From Mobula hypostoma (taxonomy: Eukaryota): a stretch of 64,000 bases of DNA. Made by a program: the position numbers and the translations under genes. The notes under the pieces are model-generated. The model was not told the origin of the DNA. It saw nothing but the letters and a program-made list of their open reading frames with translations, and ran no database searches. Below, piece after piece: positions 36,760 to 49,636 of the stretch. Within the stretch, counting starts at the first letter, position 1. The number at the start of each line of letters is the position of its first letter. The DNA is taken from the NCBI RefSeq assembly GCF_963921235.1, contig NC_086097.1:156862001-156926000 (forward strand). Direction: 5' to 3'.

Positions 36760-37400
36760 TCAGGAGGGGAGGAGAAGATGGCGACACGACGCAGCACGCG
36801 CAGCCACTCCAAAATGATATTGTATTTGCTAAATAGGGGCCATGCACAATTCTGATTTGATGGAGACAGCCGTGAGAGGCATGAAGGAACATCTGGAGAA
36901 ACTTCTGAAATGCCCGCTTTGCTGCCGCTGCTAATGTGCGATCGAGAATCTCCGGAGGGTAAGGCCACAAATCCTTGGCTTTGCCTATTGCCGGAGTCGA
37001 AGTTCTTGGCAGAGATGGTGCTCGATGCTTGATGTCGGAGGGCTGGTCGGAGGCTCGAAGTTTTCGGACGGACTCAAAAGACGGCTGTGGTCGGGTGCTT
37101 CCAGGGTGCTGCATCGGCAAGTTTGCGGCACTGGAAGCTCATGGTAGGGAGAGTTTCTCCCTTCTACCATCTGCGTGAGATGATGGGACTTTCGAGAGAC
37201 TTGAGACTTTTTTTTTTACCGTGCCCATGGTCTGTTCTTCATCAAATTACAGTATTGCTTTGCACTGTTGTAACTATATGTTATAATTATGAGGTTTTTG
37301 TGTTTCTGTGATATCATACTGGAGGAACATTGTATCATTTCTTAATGCATGCATTACTAAATGACAATAAAAGAGGACTGCGTGTCCTCATAATCTAATC
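36760..37400 (+). mobile_element. Apparently complete non-autonomous retroelement with 3' stem-loop and AATCT tail
   Basis: 5' AAGATGGCG at 36775, CpG-rich body, AATAAA at 37366, hairpin GAGGAC-TGCGT-GTCCTC at 37373-37389. Second copy at 9583-10125. Confidence 0.7.
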
Positions 37401-38667
37401 CAATGTAATCTGATTTCATTTTGCAACATTAATTAATATAGAATCCAGATACATTGAAAACAATAGCACAGAAATAGGCCCTTCTGCCTATGCCACCTAA
37501 TCTGTGCCAAACCATTTAAACTGCCTAGTCCCATCAACCTGCACCTCTCCCATCCATGTACCCATCCAAACTTCTCTTAAACAGTGAAATTGAAATGGCA
37601 TCCACCACTTCCACTGCCACATTTTCACCATCATCCAAGTGAAGTTTCCCCTCATGTCCCCTTTAAACAGTTCACCTTTATCCTTAACTCATGACCTCTA
37701 TCTAGTTGTAGTCTCAACCAACCTCAGTGGAAAAGGCCTACTTGCATTTACCCTACCTATACCCCTCATAATTTTGTATACCTCTTTCAATTCTCCCCTC
37801 AATCTTCTACATTCTAGGGAATAAGGTTCTAACCTATTTAATATTTGCTATAACTGGGGGCCTCCAGTCCCAGCATCATCCTTGTAAATTTTCCTCTGTA
37901 TTCTTTCAATGTTATTTACATCCTCCTTGTAGGGAGGCGACTCAACACAAAGGTGCACAAAATGCTCAAATTAGGCCTCACTAACATCTTATACAATATC
38001 AACATAATATCACAACTGCTGTGCTCAGTACTTTGATTTATGAAGATCAATGTGTCAGAAACTTTCTTTACAATCCTATCTACTGTGATGCCACATTCAA
38101 TGAATTATAGACCTGCATTCCCAGATCCTGTTGTGCTTCTATACTCCTCACTGCCTGACCACTCACAATGTAAGACCTACTCTGGTTAGTTGTCACAAAG
38201 TGCAACTCCTCACACTTGGCTGCATTAAATTCTATCTGCCATTTTTGTAGCCCATTTTTCCAGCTGGTCCAGATCCCGCTGCAAGCTTTGATAGTCTTCC
38301 TCCAAGTCCACTACATCCCCAATCTCTGTGTCATCCTCAAATTTGCTGATCCAGTTCATCACATTATCATTGATGGGGGTGACAATTAACGACAGACCCA
38401 ATACCAATTCCTGCAGCATTCCACTAGTTACAGGCCTCCAGTCAGAGAGGCAACTACCTACTACCACTCTCTGGCTTCTCCTGCAGAGCCAATATCTATT
38501 CCAATTTATTATCTCCTCTTGAAAGCCAAATGACTGAAACTTCTTGACCAAACTTCCCATGCGGGATCTTGTCAACTGTCTTGCTGAAGTCCATGCAAAC
38601 AACATCCACTGTCTTGCCTTCATCAACTTTCATGGCAACATCCTTGAAAAACTCTGCAAGTTTAGTT

Positions 38668-39692
38668 AGACATAGAAACATAGAAAATAGGTGCAGGAGT
38701 AGGCCATTCGGCCCTTCGAGCCTGCACCGACATTTATTATGATCATGGCTGATCATCCAACTCAGAACCCTGCACCAGCCTTCCCTCCATACCCCCTGAT
38801 CCCCGTAGCCACAAGGGCCATATCTAACTCCTTCTTAAATATAGCCACTGAACTGGCCTCAACTGTTTCCTGTGGCAGAGAATTCCACAGATTCACCACT
38901 CTCTGTGTGAAGAAGTTTTTCCTAATCTCGGTCCTAAAAGGCTTCCCCTTTATCCTCAAACTGTGACCCCTCGTTCTGGACTTCCCCAACATCGGGAACA
39001 ATCTTCCTGCATCTAGCCTGTCCAATCCCTTTAGGATTTTATACGTTTCAATTAGATCCCCCCTCAATCTTCTAAATTCCAACGAGTACAAGCCCAGTTC
39101 ATCCAGTCTTTCTTCATATGAAAGTCCTGCCATCCCAGGAATCAATCTGGTGAACCTTCTTTGTACTCCCTCTATGGCAAGGATGTCTTTCCTCAGATTA
39201 GGGGACCAAAACTGCACACAATACTCCAGGTGTGGTCTCACCAAGGCCTTGTACAACTGCAGTAGTACCTCCCTGCTCCTGTACTTGAATCCTCTCGCTA
39301 TAAATGCCAGCATACCATTCGCCTTTTTCACCGCCTGCTGTACCTGCATGCCCACTTTCAATGACTGGTGTATAATGACACCCAGGTCTCGTTGCACCTC
39401 CCCTTTTCCTAATCGGCCACCATTCAGATAATAATCTGTTTTCCTATTTTTGCCACCAAAGTGGATAACTTCACATTTATCCACATTAAATTGCATCTGC
39501 CATGAATTTGCCCACTCACCCAACCTATCCAAGTCACCCCACATCCTCTTAGCATCCTCCTCACAGCTAACACTGCCGCCCAGCTTGGTGTCATCCGCAA
39601 ACTTAGAGATGCTGCATTTAATTCCCTCATCCAAGTCATTAATGTATATTGTAAACAACTGGGGTCCCAGCACTGAGCCTTGCGGTACCCCA
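38668..39692 (-). mobile_element. Young CR1 3' portion, (TATGTTTC)n subfamily, open RT C-terminal frame
   Basis: ORF 38762-39718 runs from [10 protein letters not shown] to the stop without interruption. Near-identical to 14197-15222 and 58333-59368. Confidence 0.96.
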
Positions 39693-41813
39693 TGACTTAC
39701 CATCCTGATTATCCTCAATCAGTCCATGTCTATCCACATACTCTTATTTTCAGTCCCTTAGAATACCTTCCAATAACTTTCTCACTATTGATGTCAGGCT
39801 CACCAGTCTATAATTTCCTGGTTTATTCTTGGAGCCTTTCTTAAACAGTGGAACAACATTATCTATCCCTCAATCCTGCAGTAACTCACCTATCCTCAAG
39901 GATGATTTGAACCTTTGAATATCTCAGCCAGGGCTCCTACAATTTCTGCGTTTGTCTCCCACAGGATCCAAAGGAACATCTTTTCAGGCCCTGGGGATTT
40001 ATCCACCCTGATTTGGCCCAAGACAGCAAACACCTATTCCTCTGTAAACTGTATAGGGTCCATGATCTCTTTGCTGCTCTGCCCCACTTTTATACATGCT
40101 CTGTCTGTCTCCCGAGTAAATACATGAACAAAAATCCTTTTAAACCTCCTCCATCTCTTTTGACTCGATGCATAGATTTACCATTTTGATCTTCCAGAGG
40201 AACAGTTTTGTCCCTTGAAATATTTCGCCTTTTAACATCTGTAAAAGCCCGCAGGATTCTCCTTCACTTTGTCTGCTAGAGCAACCTCATTCCTCATTTT
40301 AACACTACTGATTTCTTTCTTCAGTGTTTTTTTGCATTTCCTATACGTACTCCTCAAGTACCGCATTTGTTACTACCTGCCTACACTTGCTGGGCAACTT
40401 CTTTTTTTCACTCAATCTTGGCCGCAATACATCTCAAAAACCAAGGTTCACTCAACTTGTTTCCTTTACCTTTTATTCTGACAGACACATACATGCTTTG
40501 TATGCTCAAAATTTCACTTTTGAAAGTTTTCCATTTATCAAGTTCACTTTTACCAGAGAGCAGCCTGTCCAAATCCTTTTCTCCCATTTAGAATCTCAAC
40601 CCAAGGACCAGATCTACCTTTTCCATAATTACCTTGAAACTAATGGGATTATGATCACTAGATGTAGTGTTGCATCAAGTACTGCACACCTCTCATTGGG
40701 ACTTCTACATACTGATTAAGAAAACTTCCCTGAAAACATTTGAGAAACTCTTTCCCATCTAGTCTTTTACAGTATGGGAGTCCCAGTCAATATGTGGAAA
40801 GTTAAAATCACTTACTGCCACAACCTTATATTTCTTGCCACAGTCTGTGATCTCTGCAAATCTGTTCCTCTAAATCCCATTTGGTGGTCTATAATATAGA
40901 TTCATTAACATGGTCACACCTTTCTTATTCCATAGTTCTACCCATAAAGTCTCTCAAGATGAGTTCTTCAGTTTGTACTGACTGAGCACTGCTGTGACAT
41001 TTTCACTGACAAGTAACACCACCCCTCCCCTTTAATCCCTCCCACTCTATCACATCTGTAACAATGGAACCCCAGAATATTGAGCTGTCAGTCCTGTCCC
41101 TCTTGCAACTAAGTCTCACTAATGGCTACAATATAATAATTCAACACGTTGATTCATGCCCTGAGATCATCTGCATTTCCTACTATATTTTTTTCATGAA
41201 ATATATGCAAGTTGGAACACTAGTCTCACTATTCTCAGCCTTTTACTTCCTAACTTTGTCTGAAGTCTTTCCAACATCTCTCTCCACAACCAGTCTACGA
41301 TCTGCTCTGGCACTCTGGTCCCCATCCACCTGAAGCTCTATTTTAACAGACCCTCTTGCATGCAGTACCAGCAAATCTTCTTGCTAGGAAATTGGTCCCC
41401 TTCCAGCTTAGGAGCAAACCATCTCTTCTGTACAGGTCATACCTTCCCTGGAAGAGAGCATAATGAATCAAAAATCTGAAGCCACCTATCCTACGCTAAA
41501 TCGTTATCTGCATATTAAAATATATGATGATCTTATTTCTGGGCTCACTAGCATGTGACACAGGTAGCGATCTTAAGCTCACAGTCCTGGCAGACCTGTC
41601 CTTTAATTTAACAATTTAACACCTAAACCCCTGAACTCACATTGCAGAACCTCATCACTTTTCCTACTTATGTCATCTGTACCTACATGGACCATGACCT
41701 TGGGAAGCTCACCATCCCACTTAAGAATGCTGAGGACTTGATCTGAGATGTCTATGACCCTGGCAGCCGGGAGGCAACATACCATCCGGGAATCTCATTC
41801 TTGTCCACAGAAT

Positions 41814-42267
41814 TGTGGTCAACTAAATATTTCAATGGATGGAAGGGTCTCGACTATATACATATGTACTTTGAAAGATTCAAGTTTACTGATATCCTAT
41901 ATGTGCTTGCCATCTTGTATAAGCTGTGGTGTCGCCTGTGAGAGGCTTCGGAGCCAATGGCTCCACTGGGGTCAGTGTGGCGCCGTGTCCAGGCTGGAGT
42001 TGGTGCTCTTCTTCCCTACCCTCCCACACCCCGTGTTTGCTCCGCAGAAGATGATCTCTATTGGAGATTTGTTGATTGCTGGCGTGAGTTTTGGACTCTT
42101 TTATTGCATGATCATGATACCATTTGTGCTTGTTGTGTGTGCTTTGTGCTGTTTGTGACTGTTGGAATTGTGTTTTGCACCTTGAACCCAGAGTAACACT
42201 ATTTCATTTGTCTGGATTCATGAGTATTCATGTATGGTTGAATGACAATTAAACTTGAATCGAATTG
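41814..42267 (+). mobile_element. Non-autonomous retroelement with TTGAA-type tail inserted in CR1 ORF1
   Basis: AGAAT repeated at both flanks (41809-41813 / 42268-42272). Ends GAATGACAATTAAACTTGAATCGAATTG. Confidence 0.6.
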
Positions 42268-42770
42268 AGAATCTCCTTTCTGTTCCCCTGACTAACACAT
42301 CCCTATTACCACAGCTCGCCTCTTCTCCCTCCTTCCCTTCTGAGCCACAGAGCTAGACTCGGTGCGAGAGACGTGACCACTGTGGATTGCCTCTGCTAGG
42401 TATACAAAGTGATATAGCTGCTGTTGAGGGGGATGGTCAAAGGGGTTCTCTGCACTGGCCGTTTAACCTTTTCACCCTCCTGACTGTCACCCAGTTTCCA
42501 GAGTCCTGCACCTTGGGTGCAACTGCCTCTCTATATATATTATCTATCAGCCCCTCAGCTTCCTGCATGATCTGGATTTCATCCAGTTCCAGTTCTGACT
42601 CCTTAACACTGAGTGTCAGAAGCTGCAGCTGGTTGCAGGGACACTAGAAGTCTCCCTGCCTTCCCACTGTCCTCAAGAGGAGCATTCTTAGCTTGCCAAG
42701 GATCCCTACTGCTCTGCTCTAACTGTGTAATTATAAAGAAGGAAACAAAAAAAAAACTGAAAAATAATCT

Positions 42771-42998
42771 CAAACAACAGGAATTCTGCAGATGCTGGAA
42801 ATTCAAGCAACATACATCAAAGTTGCTGGTGAACGCAGCAGGCCAAGCAGCATCTGTAGGAAGAGGTGCAGTCGATGTTTCAGGCCAAGACTAACAATAG
42901 TCCTGATGAAGGGTCTCGGCCTGAAACGTCGACTGCACCTCTTTCTACAGATGCTGCTTGACCTGCTGCGTTCACCAGCAACTTTGATGTATGTTGCT
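42771..42998. mobile_element. Palindromic Penelope-like mini-insertion
   Basis: About 90-bp inverted arms. 13-bp TSD TGAAAAATAATCT (42758-42770 / 42999-43011). Left arm nearly identical to 54156-54276. Confidence 0.88.
42899..42934 (+). ncRNA. Minimal type I hammerhead ribozyme of the Penelope terminal repeat
   Basis: AGTC-CTGATGA-AGGGTCTCGGCCT-GAAA-CGTC-GACT: intact core, stem I AGTC/GACT, stem II AGG/CCT, palindromic ACGT stem III. Confidence 0.75.
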
Positions 42999-43075
42999 TG
43001 AAAAATAATCTACAGCTTTTCACCCTCTTTCACTGAAGCCTTTCCTCGCTGAAGCCTTGAAGAGTTAAATCCTCA

Positions 43076-43740
43076 TGTAACGCCATGGTAAATGTTTCGC
43101 TGCTAATGTTGTAGGGTATTTCATGAAATGGTCTTTCTGTAAATGCAGTGTTTGGGTTATTGTTAGAGATAAGGAGTGCTTAGGAACGTGAGCCATCCAA
43201 TCAGGACAGAAGGCAGGGGGAGCATGTTTTTTTTGTCCCTAACACCACTGTGAGCCTTTGTCTTCGTCTGGTGGGAGATGAAGAGGGAAGACGTTGGAGA
43301 GAACCAGTCATAGGGAAACGTGATTTGATGGAGCAAGATTCAGGAGTCTAGTGAGAATCGATGAATATGACTTCTGAAAGATTTAGGCTCTAGCCTGTGC
43401 ACATTTGACTGTATAATTATAATGGGGCCTTTTTGTTTTTTTTTTCTTTACTAACTCTTTAGTTAAATTAGTATTCACTTACTTCCTTTAATTGTATGCA
43501 GTGTGCAATCTGTTATTTCCTGCTGATGAGCTGTAACAGGGCAGCAAATCACACAGCACTCACACAAACCTGGGCGTGGGTGGTAGAGACATCCCAATCT
43601 CATGGTTTTGGCGGGACTGGAGTATTTATCCCCTAGACATACAACAAAGTACAGTCGTTTTCTTCAGTGCTGAGTTGGGAGACTGCCAGTGACGACCAAT
43701 AAGATGCTTCCCAAGACACTTGGGGAGAAAGGGTATTTCA
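43076..43740 (+). mobile_element. Solo LTR related to 363-948
   Basis: TGTAAC...TTTCA termini and 4-bp TSD CTCA. Shared blocks TGTTTCRCTGCTAATGT, TGTTTGGGTTAT, TCTTTACTAAC, CACACAAAC, TTTGGCGGG. Confidence 0.82.
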
Positions 43741-44067
43741 CTCAAATCCCCACTCTAACACTGTCCACTCCTACAAAGACCGCTCCAATTGCTTTATTTT
43801 AATTTGCACTTACTAATGAATCCTGATCTCAAAACTGAAACAAACTCCCATGAAACGCTGGTATTTAATGCACTCTTGCCGATCTGTGGAAATTATTGTT
43901 CTCACTCTCCAATTCACCACTATTCAACTGCCAAAACAAGGCCCTGCTTCTTAAATGCATGCTCACCGACCTAAGTAAATTACTCCTTTCCTCACTCCCA
44001 ATCTCTGATTCGCTGCTGTTGAAATTTTATTTCGTAACTTTAGTGATTTTATGTCATATATTTAACT

Positions 44068-44360
44068 GCTATGGTGGCAGAGTGGAGATACATAAAAGAT
44101 GTAAGATTCTCCTTCTCTCTGCTAGCCTGCAGGTCACTCTTGGACAAGGTGTTGGATGGTTGAATGAGCAATTGGTGGATATTATAAGTTCTGGTTATGC
44201 AACCACTGACACCAGGCAGGCAATCTCTGAAGAGTATTGATAATGGTTGGAGTCATTCATCTTGTAAAGAAGGCAGCAATTACAAACCATTTCTGTAGAA
44301 AAATTTGCCAAGAATAATCTGTCAAGGCCATAATCACGGACGTCATATGATACAAACGAG
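44068..44360 (+). mobile_element. Old SINE with RTE-related 3' part
   Basis: Head GGTGGCAGAGTGG, and CAAACCATTTCTGTAGAAAAATTTGCCAAGAA, which resembles the RTE-derived GGCAAACCACTCCAGTATCTTTGCCAAGAA motif. Confidence 0.5.
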
Positions 44361-44844
44361 CACTTCACTGCTGCCACAAAACAAAGTTCATGACATATGT
44401 CAGTGTTAATAAAGCCAATTCTGGTTATGATTCTGATTCTCACAGTTTTCTGGACACTTTAGGCTTCTAAATCTATTGCCCAGATAATGGTTTCTCACCA
44501 AAATGCTAAAGTTCAAAGTATGATTGGATGTTGAATTTCACCTTTTTTGGTACTAATGTTAGTGCTAGTGCAAAAAACAAATTGCTCGTTCCCAATTGTT
44601 TTTCTGGAACCAAAATTTTAAAAAAATAAATCACAAAGTTAGACAAAAGTACATTAGAAGCACCAGTACACTGGCTTGCATTCAAAATAATGTACTAAAA
44701 CCAGGTGGAATCTTAGCCAATTTAGTGCAGCTGAAAAAAATTGTTCAGCAGCAAACACTGAATTCATTATCTCACAAGGAGAGAACGTCAAGGTCAACAG
44801 TCTTGAGAAAGAACTGGCAGTGAATGCAACAAGAAATATTAAAA

Positions 44845-46130
44845 AAAAATAGCAGATGCTGGAAATCTGAAAGCAAAATTAATGAAAACATGCATAGGTC
44901 AATCGGCATCTGTGAAGTGAAATAGGGTCTTTAGTTCTTGAGATAAATTACCTTGAAAATTTATCTTGAAAATGTTAACTTATTTTTGTTTTACCTAAAC
45001 TGTTTTTGTTTTAGATTTACAGTATCTGTAGTTTTTTTGATTTTTCAACTTCACAAGATGTTATGCAAGGAAGAACAAAAAAATGCCTCGTTACCATTCT
45101 AGCCCAGTTGTTCACTTGTCATCACCGCCACATCATCACCTTTAATATTATAGCTCTTGTACTCCCTATGCAGGAGGCTTTAAAACAAAGGCAATATTAT
45201 AAGAAGGAGGACATTAACAATGGAGGCATAATCACATTAACTCATGCCTGGGAGTCCATTTTGCACCCTATGTGGAGATCAACAAGCCCCAAACCACCTC
45301 TGGAACAAGTGCAAAACATAGTCTGCCATGAATAAATTTCAGCATCATCAACACATCTTCATTGATCAATTATCAGTAAATCTGCATAAAGGTGAATTGG
45401 CAATTGCCGATAAAAGATAGGCGAGTTGAGGACGAAGTGAAGTGGGTGGAGCAAGAGAGTGGATAGAAGGGCGAAGAGGAGAATGTGGATAATAGTGATG
45501 TCAGATTATAACTTCAGAGATCCAATCTGTTCATGATTTCTTCAATGTAGTGGAGACCACATCGGATAATGGATGCAGTACACTGCACTGGAGGAAGTGG
45601 AGTAGAAGTAATTTTGGATTTCCAGCAATTGAAGTGACTTTTTAAATCTTAGTCACAATCTACTGCAGGAACAGCAGTTTAAACAGCATCTGTGGCTGGA
45701 AAGGAGTTGAAATTTTGAGTTGAAATCCTGTATCAGTGTAATGCTGCTTGACACTCCGAGTTTCTTGTGCAGAATGTCTGTTGCTCATCTGCTGTTCCAG
45801 CAGCTGCAGTCTCTTGTATCTCCTCAGTTCTAGACTTGTTTACTTTTCTTTTCTCCTCATCAAATCATTAATCTATTTACAAAGGCCTGAGACAGCATAA
45901 CATCGATTAATAAGCATTCACGATTCTCTCCGATAGCAGCATCATCACTTGTGTCATTTCTTCATCAATGGTATTCCTGCTGGTTTCTCTATGCCCACCA
46001 CCACTAAAACAGATTTCATTTCCAGCTTCTCAAATTTCTTTTGATAGGTCTTCAAGTTGAAACATTAGCTCACTCTTGTCCACAGATACTGTCTCAGAGG
46101 TGCAATACTTCCAGCTGTTTCTGATTTTAA
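44845..46130. mobile_element. Cluster of highly decayed Penelope-like remnants
   Basis: GCAGATGCTGGAAATCTG termini (44852, and inverted near 45800). Minus-strand VYCI...CGLxYI-like remnant at 45540-45595. Confidence 0.5.
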
Positions 46131-46191
46131 TTAGAACATAGAATAGTACAGCACAGTATAGGCCCTTGGGCCCACAATGTTGTGCCGACCC

Positions 46192-48975
46192 TCAAACCCT
46201 GCCTCCCATATAAGCTCCTACATTAAATTCCTCCATATATCTGTCCAGTAGTCTCTTAAACTTCGCTAGTGTATCTGCCTCCACCACTGACTCAAGCAGT
46301 GCATTCCACGCACCAACCATTCTCTGAGTAAAAAACCTTCCTCTAATATCCCCCTTGAACTTCCCACCCCTTAACTTAAAGCCGTGTCCTCTTGTATTGA
46401 GCAGTGGTGCCCTGGGGAAGAGGCACTGACTAGCCACTCTATCTATTCCTCTTATTATCTTGTACACCTCTATCATGTCTCCTCTCATCCTCCGTCTCTC
46501 CAAAGAGTAAAGCCCTAGCTCCCTTAATCTCTGATCATAATGCATATTTTCTAAACCAGGCAGCATCCTGGTAAATCTCCTCTGTACCCTTTCCAATGCT
46601 TCCACATCCTTCCTATAGTGAGGCAACCAGAACTGGACACAGTACTCCAAGTGTGGCCTAACCAGAGTTTTATTGAGCTGCATCATTACATCGTGACTCT
46701 TAGACTCTATCCCTTGACTTATGAAAGCAAACACCCCATAAGCTTTCTTAACTACCCTATCCACCTGTGAGGCAACTTTCAGGGATCTGTGAACATGTAC
46801 CCCGAGATCCCTCTGCTCCTCCACACTACCAAGTATCCTGCCATTTACTTTGTACTCTGCCTTGGAGTTTGTCCTTCCAAAATGTACCACCTCACACTTC
46901 TCCGGGTTGAACTCCATCTGCCACTTCTCAGCCCACTTCTGCATCCTATCAAGGTCTCTCTGCAACCTTTGATAATCCTCTACACTATCTACAACACCAC
47001 CAAACTTTGTGTCGTCTGCAAACTTGCCAACCCACCCTTCTACCCCACATCCAGGTCGTTAATAAAAATCACGAAAAGTAGAGGTCCCAGAACAGATCCT
47101 TGTGGGACACCACTAGTCACAATCCTCCAATCTGACTGTACTCCCTCCACCACCACCACCCTCTGCCTTCTGCAGGCAAGCCAATTCTGAATCCACCTGG
47201 CCAAACTTCCCTGGATCCCATGCCTTCTAACTTTCTGAATAAGCCTACCGTGTGGAACCTTGTCAAATGCCTTACTAACATCTATATAGATCACATCCAC
47301 TGCACTACCCTCATCTATATGCCTGGTCACCTCCTCAAAGAACTCTATCAGGCTTGTTAGACATGGTCTGCCCTTTACAAAGCCATGTTGACTGTCCTTG
47401 ATCAGACCATGATTCTCTAAATGCCTATAGATCCTATCTCTAAGAATCTTTTCCAACAGCTTTCCCACCACAGACGTAAGGCTCACTGGTCTATACTTAC
47501 CCGGACTATCCCTACTACCTTTTTTGAACAAGGGGACAACATTCGCGTCCCTCCAATCTTCCGGCACCATTCCCATGGACAACGAGGACATAAAGATCCT
47601 AGCTAGAGGCTCAGCAATCTCTTCCTTCGCCTCGTGGAGCAGCCCGGGGAATATTCCGTCAGGTCCCGGGGACTTATCCGTCCTAATGTATTTTAACAAC
47701 TCCAACACCTCCTCTCCCTTAATATCAACATGCTCCAAAACATCAACCTCACTCATATTGTCCTCACCATCATCAAGTTCCCTCTCATTGGTGAATACCG
47801 AAGAGAAGTATTCATTGAGGATCTCGCTCACTTCCACAGCCTCCAGGCACATCTTCCCACCTTTATCTCTAATCAGTTCTACCTTCACTCCTGTCATCCT
47901 TTTTTTCTTCACATAATTGAAGAATGCCTTAGGGTTTTCCTTTACCCTACTTGCCAAGGCCTTCTCATGCCCCCTTCTTGCTCTTCTCAGCCCCCTCTTA
48001 AGCTCCTTTCTTGCTTCCCTATATTCCTTAATAGACCCATCTGATCCTTGCTTCCTAAACCTCATGTACGCTGCCTTCTTCCACCTGACTAGATTTTCCA
48101 CCTCACTTGTCACCCATGGTTCCTTCACCCTACCATTCTTTATCTTCCTCACCAGGACAAATTTATCCCCAACATCCCGTAAAAGATCTCTAAACATCGA
48201 CCACATGTCCATAGTACATTTCCCTGCAAAAACATCATCCCAATTCACACCTGCAAGTTCTAGCCTTATAGCCTCATAATTTGCCTTTCCCCAATTAAAA
48301 ATTTTCCTGTCCTCTCTGATCCTATCCTTTTCCATGATAATGCTAAAGGCCAGGGAGCAGCGGTCACTGTCCCCCAGATGCTCACCCACTGAGAGATCTG
48401 TGACCTGACCCGGTTCATTACCTAGTACTAGATCTAGTATGGCATCCCCCCGGTCGGCCTGTCCACATACTGTGACAGGAACCCGTCCTGGACACACTTA
48501 AACTCTGTCCCATCTAAACCCTTGGAACTAATCAGGTGCCAATCAATATTAGGGAAGTTAAAGTCACCCATGAGAACAACCCTGTTATTTTTCCACCTTT
48601 CCAAAATCTGCCTCCCAATCTGCTCCTCTGTATCTCTGCTGCTACCAAGGGGCCTATAGAATACCCCCAATAGAGTAACTGCTCCCTTCCTGTTCCTGAC
48701 TCCCACCCATATTGACTCAAAAGAGGATCCTGCTACATTGCCCACCCTTTCTGTAGCTGTAATAATATCCCTGACCAGTAATGCCACCCCTCCTCCCCTT
48801 TTTCCGCCCTCTCTATCCCTTTTAAAGCACTGAAATCCAGGAATATTGAGAATCCATTACTGTCCTGGTGCCAGCCAAGTCTCTATAATGGCCACTACAT
48901 CATAATTCCATGTATGTCTCCAAGCTCTCAGTTCATCACCTTTGTTCCTGATGCTTCTTGCATTGAGGTACTCAC
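46192..48975 (-). pseudogene. CR1 ORF2 (APE plus RT), frameshifted
   Basis: [58 protein letters not shown]. Confidence 0.95.
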
Positions 48976-49114
48976 ATTTCAGCCCTTCTACCTTACTGTC
49001 TTTACACCGTTTATTCTGCTTCTCTTTCTTCAAAGCCTCTCTATGTTAGATCTGGCTTTACTCCATGCACTTCTTTCACTGCTCTATCGCTCTGGGTCCC
49101 ATCCCCCTTGCAAA

Positions 49115-49636
49115 TTAGTTTAAACCCTCCCGAATCATGCTAACAAACCTTCCTGCAAGGATATTGCTCCCCTTCAAGTTCAGGTGCAACCCATCCAATC
49201 TGTACAGGTCCCATCTTCCCCAGAAGAGATCCCAATGATCTAAAAATCTAAAACCCTGCTCCCTGCACCAACTCTTCAGCCACACATTCAACTGCCATCT
49301 CCTCCAATTCTCACCATCCCTGTCACGTGGCACTGGCAGCATTCCTGAGAACGCCACCCTTGAGGTCCTGCTCTTCAGCCTTCTGCCTAGTTCCCGAATC
49401 TCACACTTCAGGACCTCATCCCTCTTCCTGCCTACGTCATTAGTCCCAACATGTATCACGACTTCTGGTTGCTTTCCCTCTCGTACCAGAATGTCGTGCA
49501 CCCGGTCAGAGACATCCCGGTCCCTAGCACCCGGGAGGCAACAAACCATGCGGGTGTCTTTCTCACGTCCACAAAATCTCCTGTCTGCTCCCCTGACTAT
49601 AGAGTCTCCAATGATGACAGCTCTCCTCTTCTCCAT
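49115..49636 (-). CDS. CR1 ORF1 SGNH/GDSL esterase domain (open frame, lacks N-terminus)
   Basis: VIIGDSIVRG, CCLPGAR, IHVGTND and DGLHL blocks, directly upstream of ORF2. Confidence 0.85.
   Translation of the reverse strand: MEKRRAVIIGDSIVRGADRRFCGREKDTRMVCCLPGARDRDVSDRVHDILVREGKQPEVVIHVGTNDVGRKRDEVLKCEIRELGRRLKSRTSRVAFSGMLPVPRDRDGENWRRWQLNVWLKSWCREQGFRFLDHWDLFWGRWDLYRLDGLHLNLKGSNILAGRFVSMIREGLN

Larger units (their letters stand above)
37440..43790 (-). mobile_element. Old near-full-length CR1 (3' end to ORF1/5' UTR) hosting four later insertions
   Basis: RT remnants (ORF 38225-38626), APE remnants at 40600-41200, esterase VCCLPAARV...VHVGTDD (ORF 41603-41785), ORF1 N-terminal remnants to about 42640. 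Confidence 0.75.

Noticed and set aside
363..43740. One giant LTR element bounded by the two related LTRs
   Set aside because: Each LTR has its own different TSD, and the two are clearly diverged.
49115..49636. Host GDSL lipase gene
   Set aside because: It sits directly upstream of CR1 ORF2 and is the known CR1 ORF1 esterase.
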